Origin: the human T2T-CHM13v2.0 reference genome, Homo sapiens
Assembly (NCBI RefSeq): GCF_009914755.1
Contig: NC_060947.1
DNA: 64,000 nucleotides
Strand: one strand, 5' to 3'
Both the position numbers and the translations under genes were made by a program. Within the stretch, counting starts at the first letter, position 1, and each line of letters starts with the position of its first letter. The notes beneath the pieces were generated by a model. That model saw only the letters and a list, made by a program, of their open reading frames with translations, was not told the origin of the DNA and searched no databases. Below, in pieces: positions 15,190 to 31,594 of the stretch.

Positions 15190-15520
15190 TGTCTGTACAG
15201 GGAGAATGATGAGGGGGATTGAATATCTTTTTTCCTCAATAAACTTGAAGTTGTGTGAGGTCAAAACACTTAGTCTTCATCATTTCACCTCCAGTCCCCA
15301 GCCTAGTGCCTAGGGTATCCCAGATATGTGCTAAATGAATGAATACATAAAGATTACATTATTTTCCTTAATAGTCAAAATAACCCTTTGAGGTATGCGT
15401 CATTATCTGTTTACAGGCGAGGAAGCTTTGTCTGTTGTGAATTAGCTAATTTGCTCAAGATCGTCCAGCAGATGAGAGCTAAGGATAGGATTAAACTCAA
15501 GTCTATGAGTTCTGAATCAA
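15190..15520. mobile_element. L2 3' end and MIR fragments
   Basis: cctagtgcc..aaatgaatgaat; ttatctgtttacag..aatttgctcaagatc. Confidence 0.5.
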
Positions 15521-15723
15521 TGCAAAAAAATGAGGTGTGGAGGGAAGATACTACGCATCCCGCCTCCATAATCCTACCACTCAAATATAACTAAGTTAAC
15601 CACCATTCAACTTTTGAAATATTGGTATTAATTCACAAAATAGGTTTAAAGTACTTTTTGTCACATAAATTGCCTTTTAAGGATAATAATATAAAAAGAT
15701 TATGTCATCACATATTCCTGTAT

Positions 15724-15902
15724 AGCAGTGCTTCCTGAAGTGTGGTCCAAATATCAGCAGCATCACCATCACTTGGGAACTTGATAGAAATACAAATTCC
15801 TAGACCCCAACCTAGATTTACTGAATCAGAAACTCTCAGGCGGTGGGGAGGAAAAGCAATCTGTGTTTTATTTAATAAGCTTTCTGGTTTGAGAACCACT
15901 GA
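15724..15902. mobile_element. MER5A hAT-Charlie MITE
   Basis: tgtggtcc..cagcagcatcaccatcacttgggaacttg..actgaatcagaaactct..gtttgagaaccactg. Confidence 0.75.
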
Positions 15903-15923
15903 TGTATGGTATTTTATCATATA

Positions 15924-16230
15924 TGTCTTAGCTCTGACTACTATAACAAAATACTACAGACTGGGTGGTTTGAACAACAAATACTTATTTCTCACAATTC
16001 TGGAGGCTGGGAAGTCCAAAATCAAGGTTCCTGGTGAGGGCACTCTCCTGGCTTGCAGATGTTTCTTGCTGTATCTTCCCACCTCATATGACAAAGAGGA
16101 AGAGAGGGAGATGAGGGCTCCACCCTCATTACATCATCTAAACCTAGTTACTTCCCAAAGGCCCCCACTTCTGAATACTATCACATTGGGGGTTAGGGCT
16201 TTAACATATGAATGTGGGGGGAACAAAAAC
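15924..16230 (-). mobile_element. MLT1A/MST-type MaLR LTR
   Basis: ctataacaaaatactacagactgggtggtt..ttctcacaattctggaggctgggaagtcc. Confidence 0.7.
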
Positions 16231-17349
16231 AGGCCACTGAGCAGCCCCTAAACAATATTTTTTCTTATAAAAATTGTGGTCATAAACATCCTTATAACCA
16301 AACCTTTGGGCATATCTACAATTATTTCTCTAGGATAGATGTAAGAGATATAATTGCTAGGTCAAAGAGTATGGACAATTGTAAACACCCATGATCTTTT
16401 TTGCTACAAGATTACAAGGTCAGTGCAAGGTGGACTGTGGTCTGGAACTAATAGCATCTCATTCCAAAACTTCCTGATGCCCTTGCGCAGGTGACCTCAT
16501 CAAAGATATGAATATTTCACAGCAGAATTTGGAGCAGGCTGTGGATATCCAGATGCCTGTGCAGGAAACCATTAGGTCATAAGGAAGGTTTTGAGGCTGA
16601 AGAAAATGAAGGAGAAAGATAAGATGAAAATCAGAGAGAGCACCCCATAAATAAGCAATAAGCCAAGGAAGTTATAGCAAATTCAGCTCACTTGAGGATC
16701 AACTGTGATTAAATTTAAATGCAAGGAAAACCTAAAGCAAAATTTAAACCCCACAATGATGAGGAATTTCATATTAGTGCTTGCATTAAAATTCCTTACT
16801 ACATACAGATCAGGAAATTATTAAAACACAACATTCCAAACATTGTAAATGTTTCCAGAGACATTTGAGTCATTTTATAAAAATAGACTTTTTTTTTCTT
16901 ATTACTAAGAGTGGGTATCAAAAGTTAGAAATGGAAACCAGAAACCCCACTCCAGGGTTGGTGATACATGACAAGGGACTTACATGTTTCTTGAGCAAGC
17001 CCCTGTTCAGATGAGGGTCATTGTTTGAGGCTCAAATGCCAAAGCAAATGAGAGACAGAACAAAACCAAATTGATCACAAGCTTGTGCCCAGCAGATATT
17101 AAGAGCTAGACTGTGGTCTCTCGTAGATACCGCTTCTGACCTGTAAAAAGTGCTGTTGTCCCACAGAACAAAGTTCTATTCACAACTATGTTGCTTCCAG
17201 GTGCATGACCTTGGGCCAGATCACTCTCTTAGCCCCCATGTCCTCATTCATAAAGTGAGAACACAGATATCTGCCCTTGTTTATCTCCCAGGATTATGGC
17301 GGGCATGAAATAGTAGCTCTGAAAATGCTTCATAAAGAATGGCATAGTG

Positions 17350-17651
17350 GGCCAGGCATGGTGGCTCACACCTGTAATCGCAGCACTTTGGGAGGCCGAG
17401 GCGGGTGGATCATGAGGTCAGGAGATCGAGACCATCCTGGCTAACATGGTGAAACCCCGTCTCTACTAAAAATACAAAAAATTAGCTGGGCGCGGTGGCG
17501 GGCGCCTGTAGTCCCAGCTACTCAGGAGGCTGAGGTAGGAGAATGGCATGAACCTGGGAGGCGGAGCTTGCAGTGAGCCAAGATCGCACCACTGCACTCC
17601 AGCCTGGGCAACAGAGTGAGACTCTGTCTAAAAAAAAAAAAAAAAAAAAAA
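17350..17651 (+). mobile_element. AluY SINE
   Basis: gagaccatcctggctaac, agaatggcatgaacc, gagcttgcagtg; TSD aaagaatggcatagtg on both sides. Confidence 0.92.
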
Positions 17652-17779
17652 AAAGAATGGCATAGTGGTAGGTACTGCCATTGTAAAAAGTGGACTTGGC
17701 AAGGCAGTGCTGAGGCTGAGAGATGGGTTTTAGTCTCAATTGTGCCACTAGCTAATTTGTGGCTTTGGGTAAGCAACTA

Positions 17780-18219
17780 AAGTAGATCCTGGTGGTGCCC
17801 CCTACTCACCTTCTCTTTACTGGGCTCCTCCCCCAAATGCTAGGTGCTCACAGCTGTCCCCTTCTCCAGAGAATTGCTTCTGGCCAAAGACAGTTGCCTT
17901 GTTTCCTCCCTACCTCCCTGCAGCCCACAGCTGGGGGGATGCTGAAAGCAGGCCCTCCTGCCTCAAGACATGACTCTACAGTGCTTTTTATACACCAGAG
18001 CTCCCCATGCTGATCACACGCTCACAGTTCCAGAGGCTGGGAAGTCCAAAAGCAAAGTTGAAACTAAGCTTAGCCCCTGCCCTTGGCTTGCTCCTTCCCC
18101 TGCTCTACTGGCTTCCTTGCTCCTTTTCTCCTGAGAATATCCAGCGTGTCAACTCAATAATTCTCATGCACCTAAATCCTGATATCAGGGTCTGCTTCTA
18201 GAAAACCCAATGTAAGACA
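17780..18219 (+). mobile_element. LTR16-family (ERVL) LTR
   Basis: ccccttctccagagaattgc ... cagggtctgcttctagaaaacccaatgtaagaca terminus. Confidence 0.6.
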
Positions 18220-18494
18220 TTACACTTTCTTAGCTTCCTTCTGCTTATTTCTATGGTTTTGCTTCAGAGCAATTCCTCAACTCAAAGAGTTTGAAAGTTC
18301 TGGTCACCATTGTGCTCTGTGATTCTTATACCAAGACATGCATCATCAGTCTCCTGGTTAAACACTCATTTTTATACCAAATATTGCTCTTTAAAATGAC
18401 CTTGGTGCTTCTCATGTTACTTGCATCTTGATTACATTCTACTTTTCATACAAAATGGCCCCAAGAAATGACTGGAAAATGACTCTCTATAGGT

Positions 18495-18979
18495 TATGGG
18501 GATTCAGTCAGGATGGTGGAAGAAATTGTAAAATTATAAGGAAATAAACACAAACCCTCTTGGAATGCCTGGGGGTTTGCATAGCATTTGGCTGAAGGCA
18601 GCTGAATTCTCTTAAAAGCTTAGGGCATAGATACAAAGAAATGTAAAGTAGTTTATCTAAATAGCTTGTTTACTCATGTGGTCCTAAGACCAACCTTTGA
18701 TCAACTGCGGGTGCATAATTGCTCTCTACTGGGGAGGGGGGTTGGCAACCAGGTCAATTACCCTTTAGTGGTGTTTACTCAAGACCTTTGTCATTTAATC
18801 TGTACTGAATAAATGCGAGCTTCACTGGCTGAACAGGGCCATGGTTGCTACTCTTTACTGTACCTTCCGTTGTGTCTGTGAGGGGCCTGGACCCTTAGGT
18901 GGACTGACAGGCAGAATACCTGTGTCAGTGTATGTTATTCTTCCATCATTGGGTCAGGGTCTGTGGGACAGACCCTGCA
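18495..18979 (+). mobile_element. LTR22 (HERV-K HML-5) solo LTR
   Basis: gggattcagtcaggatggtgg start and gggtctgtgggacagaccctgca end; AATAAA at ~18808; perfect TSD ataggt. Confidence 0.8.
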
Positions 18980-18994
18980 ATAGGTGAAACACAA

Positions 18995-19095
18995 GTACAA
19001 ATGCTCCTCAATTTACAATGGGATTACATCCCAATAAAATCACTGTAAATTTAAAATATTGTAAGTTGATAATGCATTTAATACACTGAACCTAA
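18995..19095. mobile_element. MER47/Tigger-type DNA transposon end fragment
   Basis: caaatgctcctcaatttacaatgggattacatcccaataaa resembles the MER47 terminus. Confidence 0.6.
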
Positions 19096-19099
19096 ATAT

Positions 19100-19463
19100 T
19101 ATATTATTATGACAAAAGCAGCTATAATCTACTTAACAAAAATCCTTAATACAATTTATTAACTATAGTCCTTATGTTGTACATTAGATCTCTAGCCTTG
19201 TTCATCCTACCTAACTGCTATTATTCAGCCATTAAAAAAACAGATCCTGCCATTTGCCACAAGATGTATGGACCTGGAGGACATTTTGCTAAATGAAATA
19301 AGCCAGGCACAGAAAAATAAATACTGCATGATCTCACTTATGTGTGCAATCTATAAAAAGCAACAAAGGTCAAATATACAGAGTTAGAGAATAAAACAGC
19401 TGTTGGTAAAGGGAGGTAGGAGAGGAAATGGGGGAGTTTTAGTTCAATGGATATAAAGTAACA
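19100..19463. mobile_element. Old L1M(A) 3' fragment with an inverted 5' part
   Basis: Minus-strand piece 19100-19220 joined to plus-strand piece 19219-19463. Confidence 0.7.
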
Positions 19464-20899
19464 AGACTAGATTCTCTGATTCTGGGTCAACCCTGTTTCT
19501 ACTGACTCTAATTGACTCTGTACAGGAGTGAGGCATATACTGGCTGTATTCTGTGGCTATAGAATAAACTAGATAGAAAAGAGAGACAATCAAAGTCACA
19601 AGAAAAATCTAGGGATGACATGGTGGAAGTCTAGAATATGGTTGCTGTGAAGCTATTAAACATCTATATTTGAGGCACCATTTTCTGATCAGTGAGCAAA
19701 CCAATTCTACAATCCAGGGATTCTACTGTATATTTCTTTGGCGGGGTGGGGGAAGAAATGCACTATGTGTTCAACACTGTGCTAAGTGCTGTGAGTAGCT
19801 AAAGTATATGAATATGACCTCAAAGAACTTACACTTTTCTTGGAAAGAAGTTTTGTGAAACAACTGTAGTTACTAGGAAGAATTCCCCCAATAGCCACGC
19901 CATCAGCTGCATGATCATATCATTCACAGTAGTATAGAAGACACTTAAGGAAGTTTAGTCCTATTGCAAGGATGGGGGCAAGGAGGGAGCTTGTCAGTTG
20001 GCCCAAGTTAAGTAAACTCTTGGAAGAATTTTTAAATTATACATTACAGATGCTTACCAGGCACATTATGCCCATGTTATGTGTGCCTGTCAGTGAAAAC
20101 ATGCTGAGCTTTTTTCCTGAAGAAATAGGAGCTTCTTGTCTGTTACATCTGTTCAAGCAAATGCTCTAAGATCAAGCAGGCAACCCAAAGTGAAATATCT
20201 GAATAATTGGTGAAAGTAGCTCTAAGTAGGATCAGCTATGGAGGTCTGTATCTGTGCTGTAAGATGTCTGGTTTATGAAGTAACCAGAGGGAATGGATCA
20301 ACTCCTTCACTCCATTCCACCAAGTGAATATTCTATGAACAATTGTTCTACCAGGTCCTCCATGAAATGGCATCTAAGGACATATTTTTTGCTAAGACAT
20401 CAGTACATTGGATTTCATTCCTTAGGAATTTATGCCCCAAGATTTTTATTTTAAATGCCTCTGTTATTATTTAGACTTAGTTCTGGGGGAAAATAAAAAG
20501 AATACAGGAATAGATATTGGCAGACTAGCACTTACACTGTCTGGAACTTTTTGTGAAGTTTCCTCGGGCCTCTCCCAAGCATCTCTGTGCAAAAGTCACT
20601 TTTCTTTTCCTATTGTATCTCCCTCCCTCACTTCTTTAGGTGATAAATAAATGCAGTGAGTGGTTAATAAATATTACCTAAGATGAGTTGGGTCATGGTT
20701 CCCATAACCATCACCATAGCTTGCTGATTCCTGCCCCAGAGCTTGTTACTGCTCATTCTGACCCAAGCAGAATGCCAGTGTCCTCCTCTAGCTTACTCCA
20801 AATCCCACTCACTATAAGAGCCCAGTCCCAGGCTCATGTTCCAGAAGCATCATGAGACCTAGAGCTAGACAGAAGGGTCTAGACTGTAGAGGATCCCTG

Positions 20900-21380
20900 G
20901 TTCACTACATATGAAGTGGGGCCCTGGTATTTATTAAATATTTTCCAGGTGATTCTGATGACCAGCCAGAGTTGGTAATGACTAGTTTAGTTTTTCCTCA
21001 GTGGTTCTCAGTGTGTGATGAGCCATCACCTTCACTGGGAACTTGTTAGAGATGGAAAATTTCAGGTCTCCACCTTAGACCTACTGAATCAGAAACTCTA
21101 GGAATGGGGACCAGCAATCTGAGTATTCGCAAGTCCCAGGGGCTTCAAGTCTGTGAACTACTGGTTCGTTTCCAAGGTGCTGTCTCTCCAGCCCTAGGGG
21201 AGTCTATGTTTTAAATGTTCCACAGACATTTGTGATGCCAGCTCAGTCTGGGGAAGCACTTAGCAAAGAAAGCCAAGACCCAGGAAGTTACACGGCATGG
21301 CCAAGTTCATAGTCATGTAGTGACCTAACCAAGGACTAGACACCCTGACTCCTGATTCTCACTTAGAACTCAGGCCTACT
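20900..21380. mobile_element. MER5 cluster plus MIR
   Basis: cagtggttctca..cctactgaatcagaaactctagg; ccaggtgattctgatg. Confidence 0.6.
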
Positions 21381-21879
21381 CTGTGCTTTCAGCCTGTGAG
21401 GAGTCCAGCTTCTGAGAGCTTTTCCATCTCTAAACTCTCATTAATATTTACTATGCTCTTTATCATTCCTTTGAGCTCCAAACCAAGTTCTGCCTTGCCT
21501 TTCTCATTAACTTTTCTTGAGATTCAAGCTGGGGCAGGGTGTGGCCTCCTAGTACAAGGCATGCTGTCAATGTTTGTCTTCTATGAGCTCTTTGAGCAAA
21601 GCAGCTATCCCAACTCCCACTTTCCCACCCTGCTCCCGTCCTTATCACAGCAGTGAGCAGTTTGTTTGCCTATCTTTCCCCCTCTAGTTGAGAACAGAAG
21701 GCTTACTTAATATTAACAGAATGAATTGAATACACCTGTCTGTCAGTCTGCTTTAATTATAATTTTTCTTTAATATTTTGAGTATAATATTTATATTTAA
21801 AAAGTTTTTATGTGACATCATGACAACTGTGACTTGTAAATATTTTTTGGAGAGAGTTTTTTCTTAAAATTCTTTTTTT

Positions 21880-22752
21880 ACTTTTAAATTTATTTACTTA
21901 AATTGACAAATAAAATCGTATATATTTATCATTTACAACACGTTGTTTTAAAATATGTATATATCATGGAATGGCTAAGTCGAGACAATTAATATTTATT
22001 ACCTCACATTCTTATAATTTTTTTTTGTGGTGAAAACACTTAAATCTACTCTCTTAGCACTTTTCAAGAATATGGCAAGGCACAGTGGCTCATGCCTGTA
22101 ATCCCAGCACTTCAGGAGGCCAAGGCAAGGAGGATCACTTGGACTCAGGAATTTGAGACCAGCCTGAGCAACACAGCAAGACCTTGTCTCTATCATAATA
22201 TATAAAATTTTTAAAAGAAGAATATGGGAATTTCAAAAATTGAAGTAAAATTTACATAACACAAAATTAACCACTTTAAAGTATACAATTCAGTGACTTT
22301 CAGCATATTCTTTTAGCACTTTTGGCACATAATGAAAAGTTCCAGAACTTTTTCATTGCCCCAAAAGGAAGCACCATTTTCCTTAGTGGTCATTCCTCAC
22401 TGCCCTCTACCTCCAGCCTCTGGCCATCAACAATCTGCTTTCTCTTTCCATGGATTTGCTTTTTCTGGACATTTCCTATAAATGGAATCGTACAATGTGT
22501 GGCCTTTTGTGTCTGGCTTCTTTCACTTAGCATAATTCTTTCAGGTTAATTTGTGCTACAGTGTTTATCAGTACTGCTTTACTTTTTATGGCTGAATAAT
22601 TTTCCATTGTATGGATAGACCATATTTTGTTTATCCATTCATCCACTGATAAATATTTGGGTTGTTTCTACCTCTTGGCTATGGTGAATGGTGCTACTAT
22701 GCACATGCATGTACAAGTATTTGTTTCTGTCCCTACTTTCAATTCTTTTGGT
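21880..22752 (-). mobile_element. L1MA and L1MB 3' fragments
   Basis: tgtggtgaaaacacttaaatctactctcttagc; ctggcttctttcacttagcataat..ccattgtatggatagaccat. Confidence 0.75.
22074..22217 (+). mobile_element. FLAM_C / Alu left monomer
   Basis: Monomer ending gaccttgtctcta; TSD aagaatat. Confidence 0.8.
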
Positions 22753-23954
22753 AGCCTACACAATTTTAAACATAGGGTGGATACATGTTTTGGTGGGTAA
22801 TAAGGGACAGTAGGCACCTATTTCACCAGAGGGGTGGCCCCCAAATGGACAATGCAGTGTCATGCTTACCTTCACAAGCATAGTCACAAGTTTTGTCCTC
22901 TTTTGGAGTCTCACATCATTATTCTTTTGTAAAAGCCCACATAGCTATAGTAGAGAAGTTGCGGGGACTCTAACTCAAAGGTGGGGACCCAGAGCAGCTT
23001 TCAATTTACGTGAGTGACTCATTCCTGATGAAGGACTTCCACATAACTAGTACGGTGTCAAGGGAAGGGTTTTTTGCTTCCTCTACTTAATTATAACTTT
23101 CAGTTTTTTAGGAAGGAGAAAAAGATTATTATTAGTGTGAAAAAGCACCAGATATTAGATAGCGGCTCAGAAAATATGTTCTGAGGATAGTTTTCCTGAC
23201 TGAGAAAATGAATTTCCATTTAACATGACTGTTAACTGAAGAATTCCAGTCTTAGGCTCATATACCCAGCTGTGGTAAATAAAAATTTCCCTAGTTTTGG
23301 GGTGTGTAAAGAAAACACGGCTTGTCTCCAGTGGCTACCAAAAGGAAACAAACACAAAAAGAAATGGAAGCTGTGAAATGCTAACATCTCTTCAGAGACT
23401 TGGAGCCATTTCCAGAACCCTGGGCTTCTCTTTGTAGTCTGGTTGCTATGGCTCTGTCTTCGTTACTGCAAAATACTGTCTGATATACTCTGGTAAGTGG
23501 TTACATGAAAGAGTCGATAACCACAGAGGTGCTGGCAGATCCCTATCTTTCAAGCTCTCCTCTCAGCCTGAAGCTTTCTGACGAAGTCTTTCCTCCCAGC
23601 TTCTCATTGCTTCTGGAGCTGCCAGTAATTAAAGAGACACAGGAAGAAATAAAAGAAAATGCCACTCACAAGGAATCAAAGAAAACAACACTCAGAACAC
23701 ATCAGCCAGTTCTCTGCTGAAGCTCTCAGGGGCTCTGTGTGGCAGGAATACCAAGCTGAAGGTGGGCTGAATTTTGATTTAAAAGGAGAAGGGTAGACCT
23801 TGCAAATATTCTGCCTGGATAGTACACATTGTGGGTTAAGATGTGTCAGTGAGAGTCTCCAGTCTTCAGATGCAAGTTGAGCTCGTTATGATCGACGTGA
23901 ATCTGCATGTTAAAAGGAGACTCGTTGCTGTGGGCAGTAATGCAGGGAGCTTCT

Positions 23955-24641
23955 TGAAATTGCCTTTGCGAGAAAAGTTGTAACGGTGAGCTGAGCTAAC
24001 CCACCCCACAGTTTGCCTTTCCTTTAATTATTCCTGGGCTTTTGGGCCAAGCTGATTTTGAGAGACATTTAGGCTGCAGTTTAAATGATAAAAAGCCTCC
24101 CGTAAAACTCAATCGCTTTTGTAACGCTAATGGAAGGCCATCAGGCTGCGGGGAGGAGAGCAGCCTGGGTTCTGCTAAGATGCAAACATGAACAATTGCC
24201 AGCCATTATTCCAGAGGTTATAAGATATGCAATTTCCCCAATTACTCCTACAAATAACATCACTATTGTAGAACTTAAGATTGGCCTTTTGAGATATCTT
24301 TTCAGGCTTTTTGTATGTCTGACACCCATGGCTCCACCTGGACCCTCCAACTCTGCTCCTGTGGTCCCACCCAGAAGCAATTCAGCACACAGGAGAACAG
24401 GTGCAACTGGCTATGATTTCATCTCTGCACCAACCAACCAGCTGCAAGCCTAGCCACCCCCACCCCTTCCCCCAAAGATGCCTTTGAGAAACGCCTAACT
24501 TGTGAGCTTTGGAGAATGATTTGAGTACTAACTCCATCTCCCATGTGGTGTGGCCAGCCTGTCTATTAAACTCTTCCTTTGCTACAATACCATGGTCTTT
24601 CTTTGTGTAGGGGGCAGGAAAGAACCCCTTGGGCCATTACA
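23955..24641 (+). mobile_element. LTR26/LTR8-related ERV1 solo LTR
   Basis: TGAAATTGCCTTTGC start, ...ggccattaCA end, 4-bp TSD ttct. Confidence 0.8.
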
Positions 24642-24745
24642 TTCTAAGAAAACATTAAGAGTATCATGGCTAACCACTTTCTTCTCTCTGCAGCCCCTCC
24701 TCATCTATGAATGGATCTGTGACCATTTCTGCTTTGGCCTCCTTC

Positions 24746-25694
<949 letters not shown>

Positions 25695-25764
25695 CTTCCC
25701 TTCCTTCCCAGTGGAAAAGGGGTTCCTCATCCAGTCCAGGGGCCCCCAAGAAGCTTCCCTCTTT

Positions 25765-26210
25765 TTGTAAATCAGCTTTATTGTAGTATAATTTATGTAC
25801 AGTAAATGGTATCCATTTAAAGTATACAATTTGTTGAGTTTTGACACCCATGAAACCGCTGCCATAATCAAGACACAATATTTCCATCACCTCCAAAAGT
25901 TTCCTTGTGCCTCTTTGCTGTTCATTCCTTTCTCTCTGCTTCTAACCTTAGACAACCACTGATCTCCTTTCTGTCACTATAAATTAGTTTGCATTTTCTA
26001 GAATTTCACGTAAGTGTACTTATGTAGTACGTACTGTTTTGTGTCTGGCTTTTTTACTCAGCATAATGATTTTACAAGTCATCCATTTTGTGGGTAGCAG
26101 CAGTTGATTGTGCCTTTTTATTACTGAGTTGTATTCCATTGTATGGATGCAGCAGTTTTTGTTTAAGCATTTTCATGATGGTTGAGTTGTTTCTAGCTTG
26201 TGGCTATTGT
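25765..26210 (-). mobile_element. L1MB/MC 3' fragment
   Basis: cagctttattgtagtataattt..gtctggcttttttactcagcataatg. Confidence 0.7.
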
Positions 26211-26686
26211 TTCTCCTCTATCTTTAATTGCTTTCTCTCTTCTGCCTCTACCACTTAATATAGAGATATGTTCAAGTGTCTTTCATTTAAAAAAATACTC
26301 TCTTGACCCAGCAACTTTAGGTACTCAGTCTCAGAACAACTTGGGATTTTCTGGTGTATTCCGGGGATTTCTAGGCATAAAATCTGAATAAACCAGGCAG
26401 GTAAATTCAAGTGGTCTGTTGCAGTCATGGGACAAGATTATCTTTCCAGATACAGTTTATCTAATCTGGACATTTCTCAGAGCTGGCCCACAGTCTCTGG
26501 AAGTGGCTGCCTCAGACTGGCATCCCCCTGGGTTATTTTTCTTCCTCTTTCTGGACTGAATAACGATTCTGTGCCCCAGTTTATCACCTGGAAATCAGGA
26601 AGGATCTTTACTTATAATTATTTAAAATTATAACTAAGTTAAAATTAGTGAACCAGGTAAAAATCAAAGAATATTGTCATGGATGG

Positions 26687-27708
<1,022 letters not shown>

Positions 27709-27752
<44 letters not shown>
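27709..27752. repeat. (GAT)n trinucleotide repeat, ~14 units
   Basis: Direct reading. Confidence 0.95.
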
Positions 27753-27787
27753 CACTAATCAAGGAGTCTTCCTTTTTGTTGTGTCTC

Positions 27788-28231
27788 TGTGGTAGAATAA
27801 AGGCCCCCAAAAATGACCGTATCTTAATCTCTGAAACCTGTGAATATGTTGCTTTACATGAGAAATTGGACTTTGCAGATGTGGTTAAGGTTATTGAGAT
27901 GGGAACATTATCCTGGATTACCTTGGTGGTGGGCCTGATGTATCACAAGGGTCCTTATAAGAAAGAAGTGGGGATTGAAAGATGTTATGCTTTGCAGATG
28001 GAGGAAGGGGCCACAAACCAAGAAATGCCAGCAGCCTTTAGAAACTGAAAAGGGCAAGGAAATGGATTATCTCCTAGAGCCTCCAGAAGGAACCAGACCT
28101 GCTGACACCTTTATTTTAGCCTAGTGAAAGCCATTTCAGGCTTGACCTCCAGAACTGTAAGATAATAAATGTATTCTGTTGTAAGCCACTAAGTATGTGG
28201 TAATTTGTTATGGCAAAAAGAGGAAACTGAG
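27788..28231 (+). mobile_element. MLT1C/D MaLR LTR
   Basis: tgtggtagaataa..ggactttgcagatgtggttaagg..cctccagaactgtaagataataaat. Confidence 0.8.
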
Positions 28232-29619
28232 TCTCTAAGTCAAAGCCAGTGCAATTGGCTAGGATTCCAATTTCTGAATCCTTGGTCACAACTATTATGA
28301 GTTCCCAGAGGAGATACAAAGAGAGGACACTCCAAGCAAGTCAACGATGCTTTTTACTAACTACAACCATGGTCCCATGTTTGTAGGTGGACACTGTGGC
28401 TTTTGGTGAGCTTTGGTGAGCCCTGGATGGCCCTCTGTGGGCTTAGTAACCTTGAAAATGAGGGTATAAAGCAATCTGTGGAAAACTGGCCTTTCAAGGG
28501 TACTGCTTTGCCTATAGCTTTGACTTTTCATTTCACCTACTGAAAATTAGGTAATTCAAATAGAGACACTTGAGAGACAAATGGTGTTAGACTGCACTCC
28601 CCCAAAGTCAAGCCTTAGAGTAATTTAATATATTGCTGCCACTTTAATCTGACTAGTATTCCTGGGTAGAAAGTCTCTTGGGGCCCTAGATTACTATTAA
28701 TGTAACTTAACCCTTGTGTTGGCAACATTTACTTGGATATAATTCATGGATGGATCATGGATGCTCTCCAGAGAAAATGCTAAACACAAACAGGATCGTA
28801 TTGGTTTCCATATACTTAATTTCTTGCTGACCTACTCAATATGGTTGAATATAGACCTATGATATACAGTTTCAAGTGTATTTTTTGATATTTTTAAAGA
28901 ACCCATGTGCCAAATATAAGCATTTAGAAAAACTGTTAGCAAATGGAATGTAGAGTACCACAAGCTGAGTATGCAGCAAGCTGACAGCCACACTAGCATG
29001 GTCATTTATTGCTTATTGAATTTACTCAGATCATCTTTGAGTCCAATGCCATGCACACAGTAGGTTCTTCATCAGTAGTTGTTCAAGTCAGAAATAAATT
29101 TTAAAAATATACATGGCGCCATTATATATGCGGAAACTGCAAAATAAGCATAACTAAATACCTGAATTTCCAGGCACTCTGCAGTAGATCAGAAAGCCCA
29201 TGTCCATTTGATCAAAGTCCAGGGGATACACAATGTTAAGTGCAAGATGTATCAATTCACCAGTGAAACTCCAGATGGCTTTCCTTCCCACTTCATCATG
29301 TCACATCAATATGGTAGCTTGTGAGTTGTATCCACAGTTGACATCCTATAGTCTTCAGCTCTAGTAATTTAAATTATTGTACTTTATTTTGACTACTCAG
29401 AATTGTCTCCTGAATTAAATCAACAAACACAAGCATATTTATATACATACACCCACACGTATATGAAAGTATGAGTTTACAGTGTAGTTGGAAAATTAAA
29501 ATATAGGCAGAAAAAAATTACAAAGTAAAATATAATGTCAAGTGAATAAAACAGATAGTTACAAAATAAAAATAATATTTTTAAAGGTCAAATTACAATG
29601 ATCTGGTTTGGCCACGAGC

Positions 29620-30660
<1,041 letters not shown>

Positions 30661-31291
30661 TATGGTTGGTCATGAACTTTTTGATAGGTCCAGGGGTGCA
30701 GGAAAAGGATTTCACAGAAGAAAAGATCAAGAAGAAAGGCATAGAGGTAGGAACTCCCTGCCTGACCCCAGCATGTTAATTTCACCTGTTGAAGGCAAGT
30801 CATTTTTGTTTGCACAGAAAATCTGTGTAGGAAAATAGTGGAAGATGAAACTAGAAAACTCCCTCAAAGGGAAAACTGCATATATATATAAGTGCAGGGT
30901 GCTGCAGGCTGGGTTACTGTGTGCAGGAAACAGTAGAGACCTTGAAGTGTGTTCTTTAATAAAAATCTTGCTTTAGGAAAATTAATTTGGATATACAGAA
31001 CTTTGAGGACAGGAGAGAGAGAGACAGATGCTGGATGCATTGCATGTGGGTCAGCAATGGGATTGGGGTACTGGTTTGGCATAAGGGATGACAAGTGGAA
31101 ACCAAGGAAACCCTTGGAGTTCCAGCTGGGACTCTGGGAGAATTCTGGTATCCTAAGACAAAGAAGTCAAGAAGAACAGCTGTTTTGTGGGGTGGGTAAA
31201 AGACAGAGCAATTTTCATATTAGAAACTTCAAGTCTGAGGGCATTTTTGAGAGCAGGAGGCCTGGAACTTGGAGAAAGGTATTGGTCAGAA

Positions 31292-31594
31292 CAGAGGTTG
31301 ACTGCCTGCTTTTCTAAGGTCCATGAGCTAGAGAATAGTTTTCACACTGTCAAGTGGTTGGGAAAAAAAAAATCCAAAGAATAATATATTGTGACAAGTG
31401 AAAATTACATGAAATTGAAATCTCAATGTTCATAAAGTTTATTGGAACACAGCCATGCCCATTCATTGACATATGGTCTTTGGCTGATTTCATGCTGCAA
31501 TAGGAGAGTTGAGTGGTTGCAATAGATTGCATGGCCTGCAAAGCCTGACAAATTTACTATCTGGCCCTTTACAGAGAAAGTTTGTTGGCTCCTG
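31292..31594. mobile_element. MER58B hAT-Charlie MITE
   Basis: aaagtttattggaacacagccatgccc..aaatttactatctggccctttacagagaaagtttg. Confidence 0.8.
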
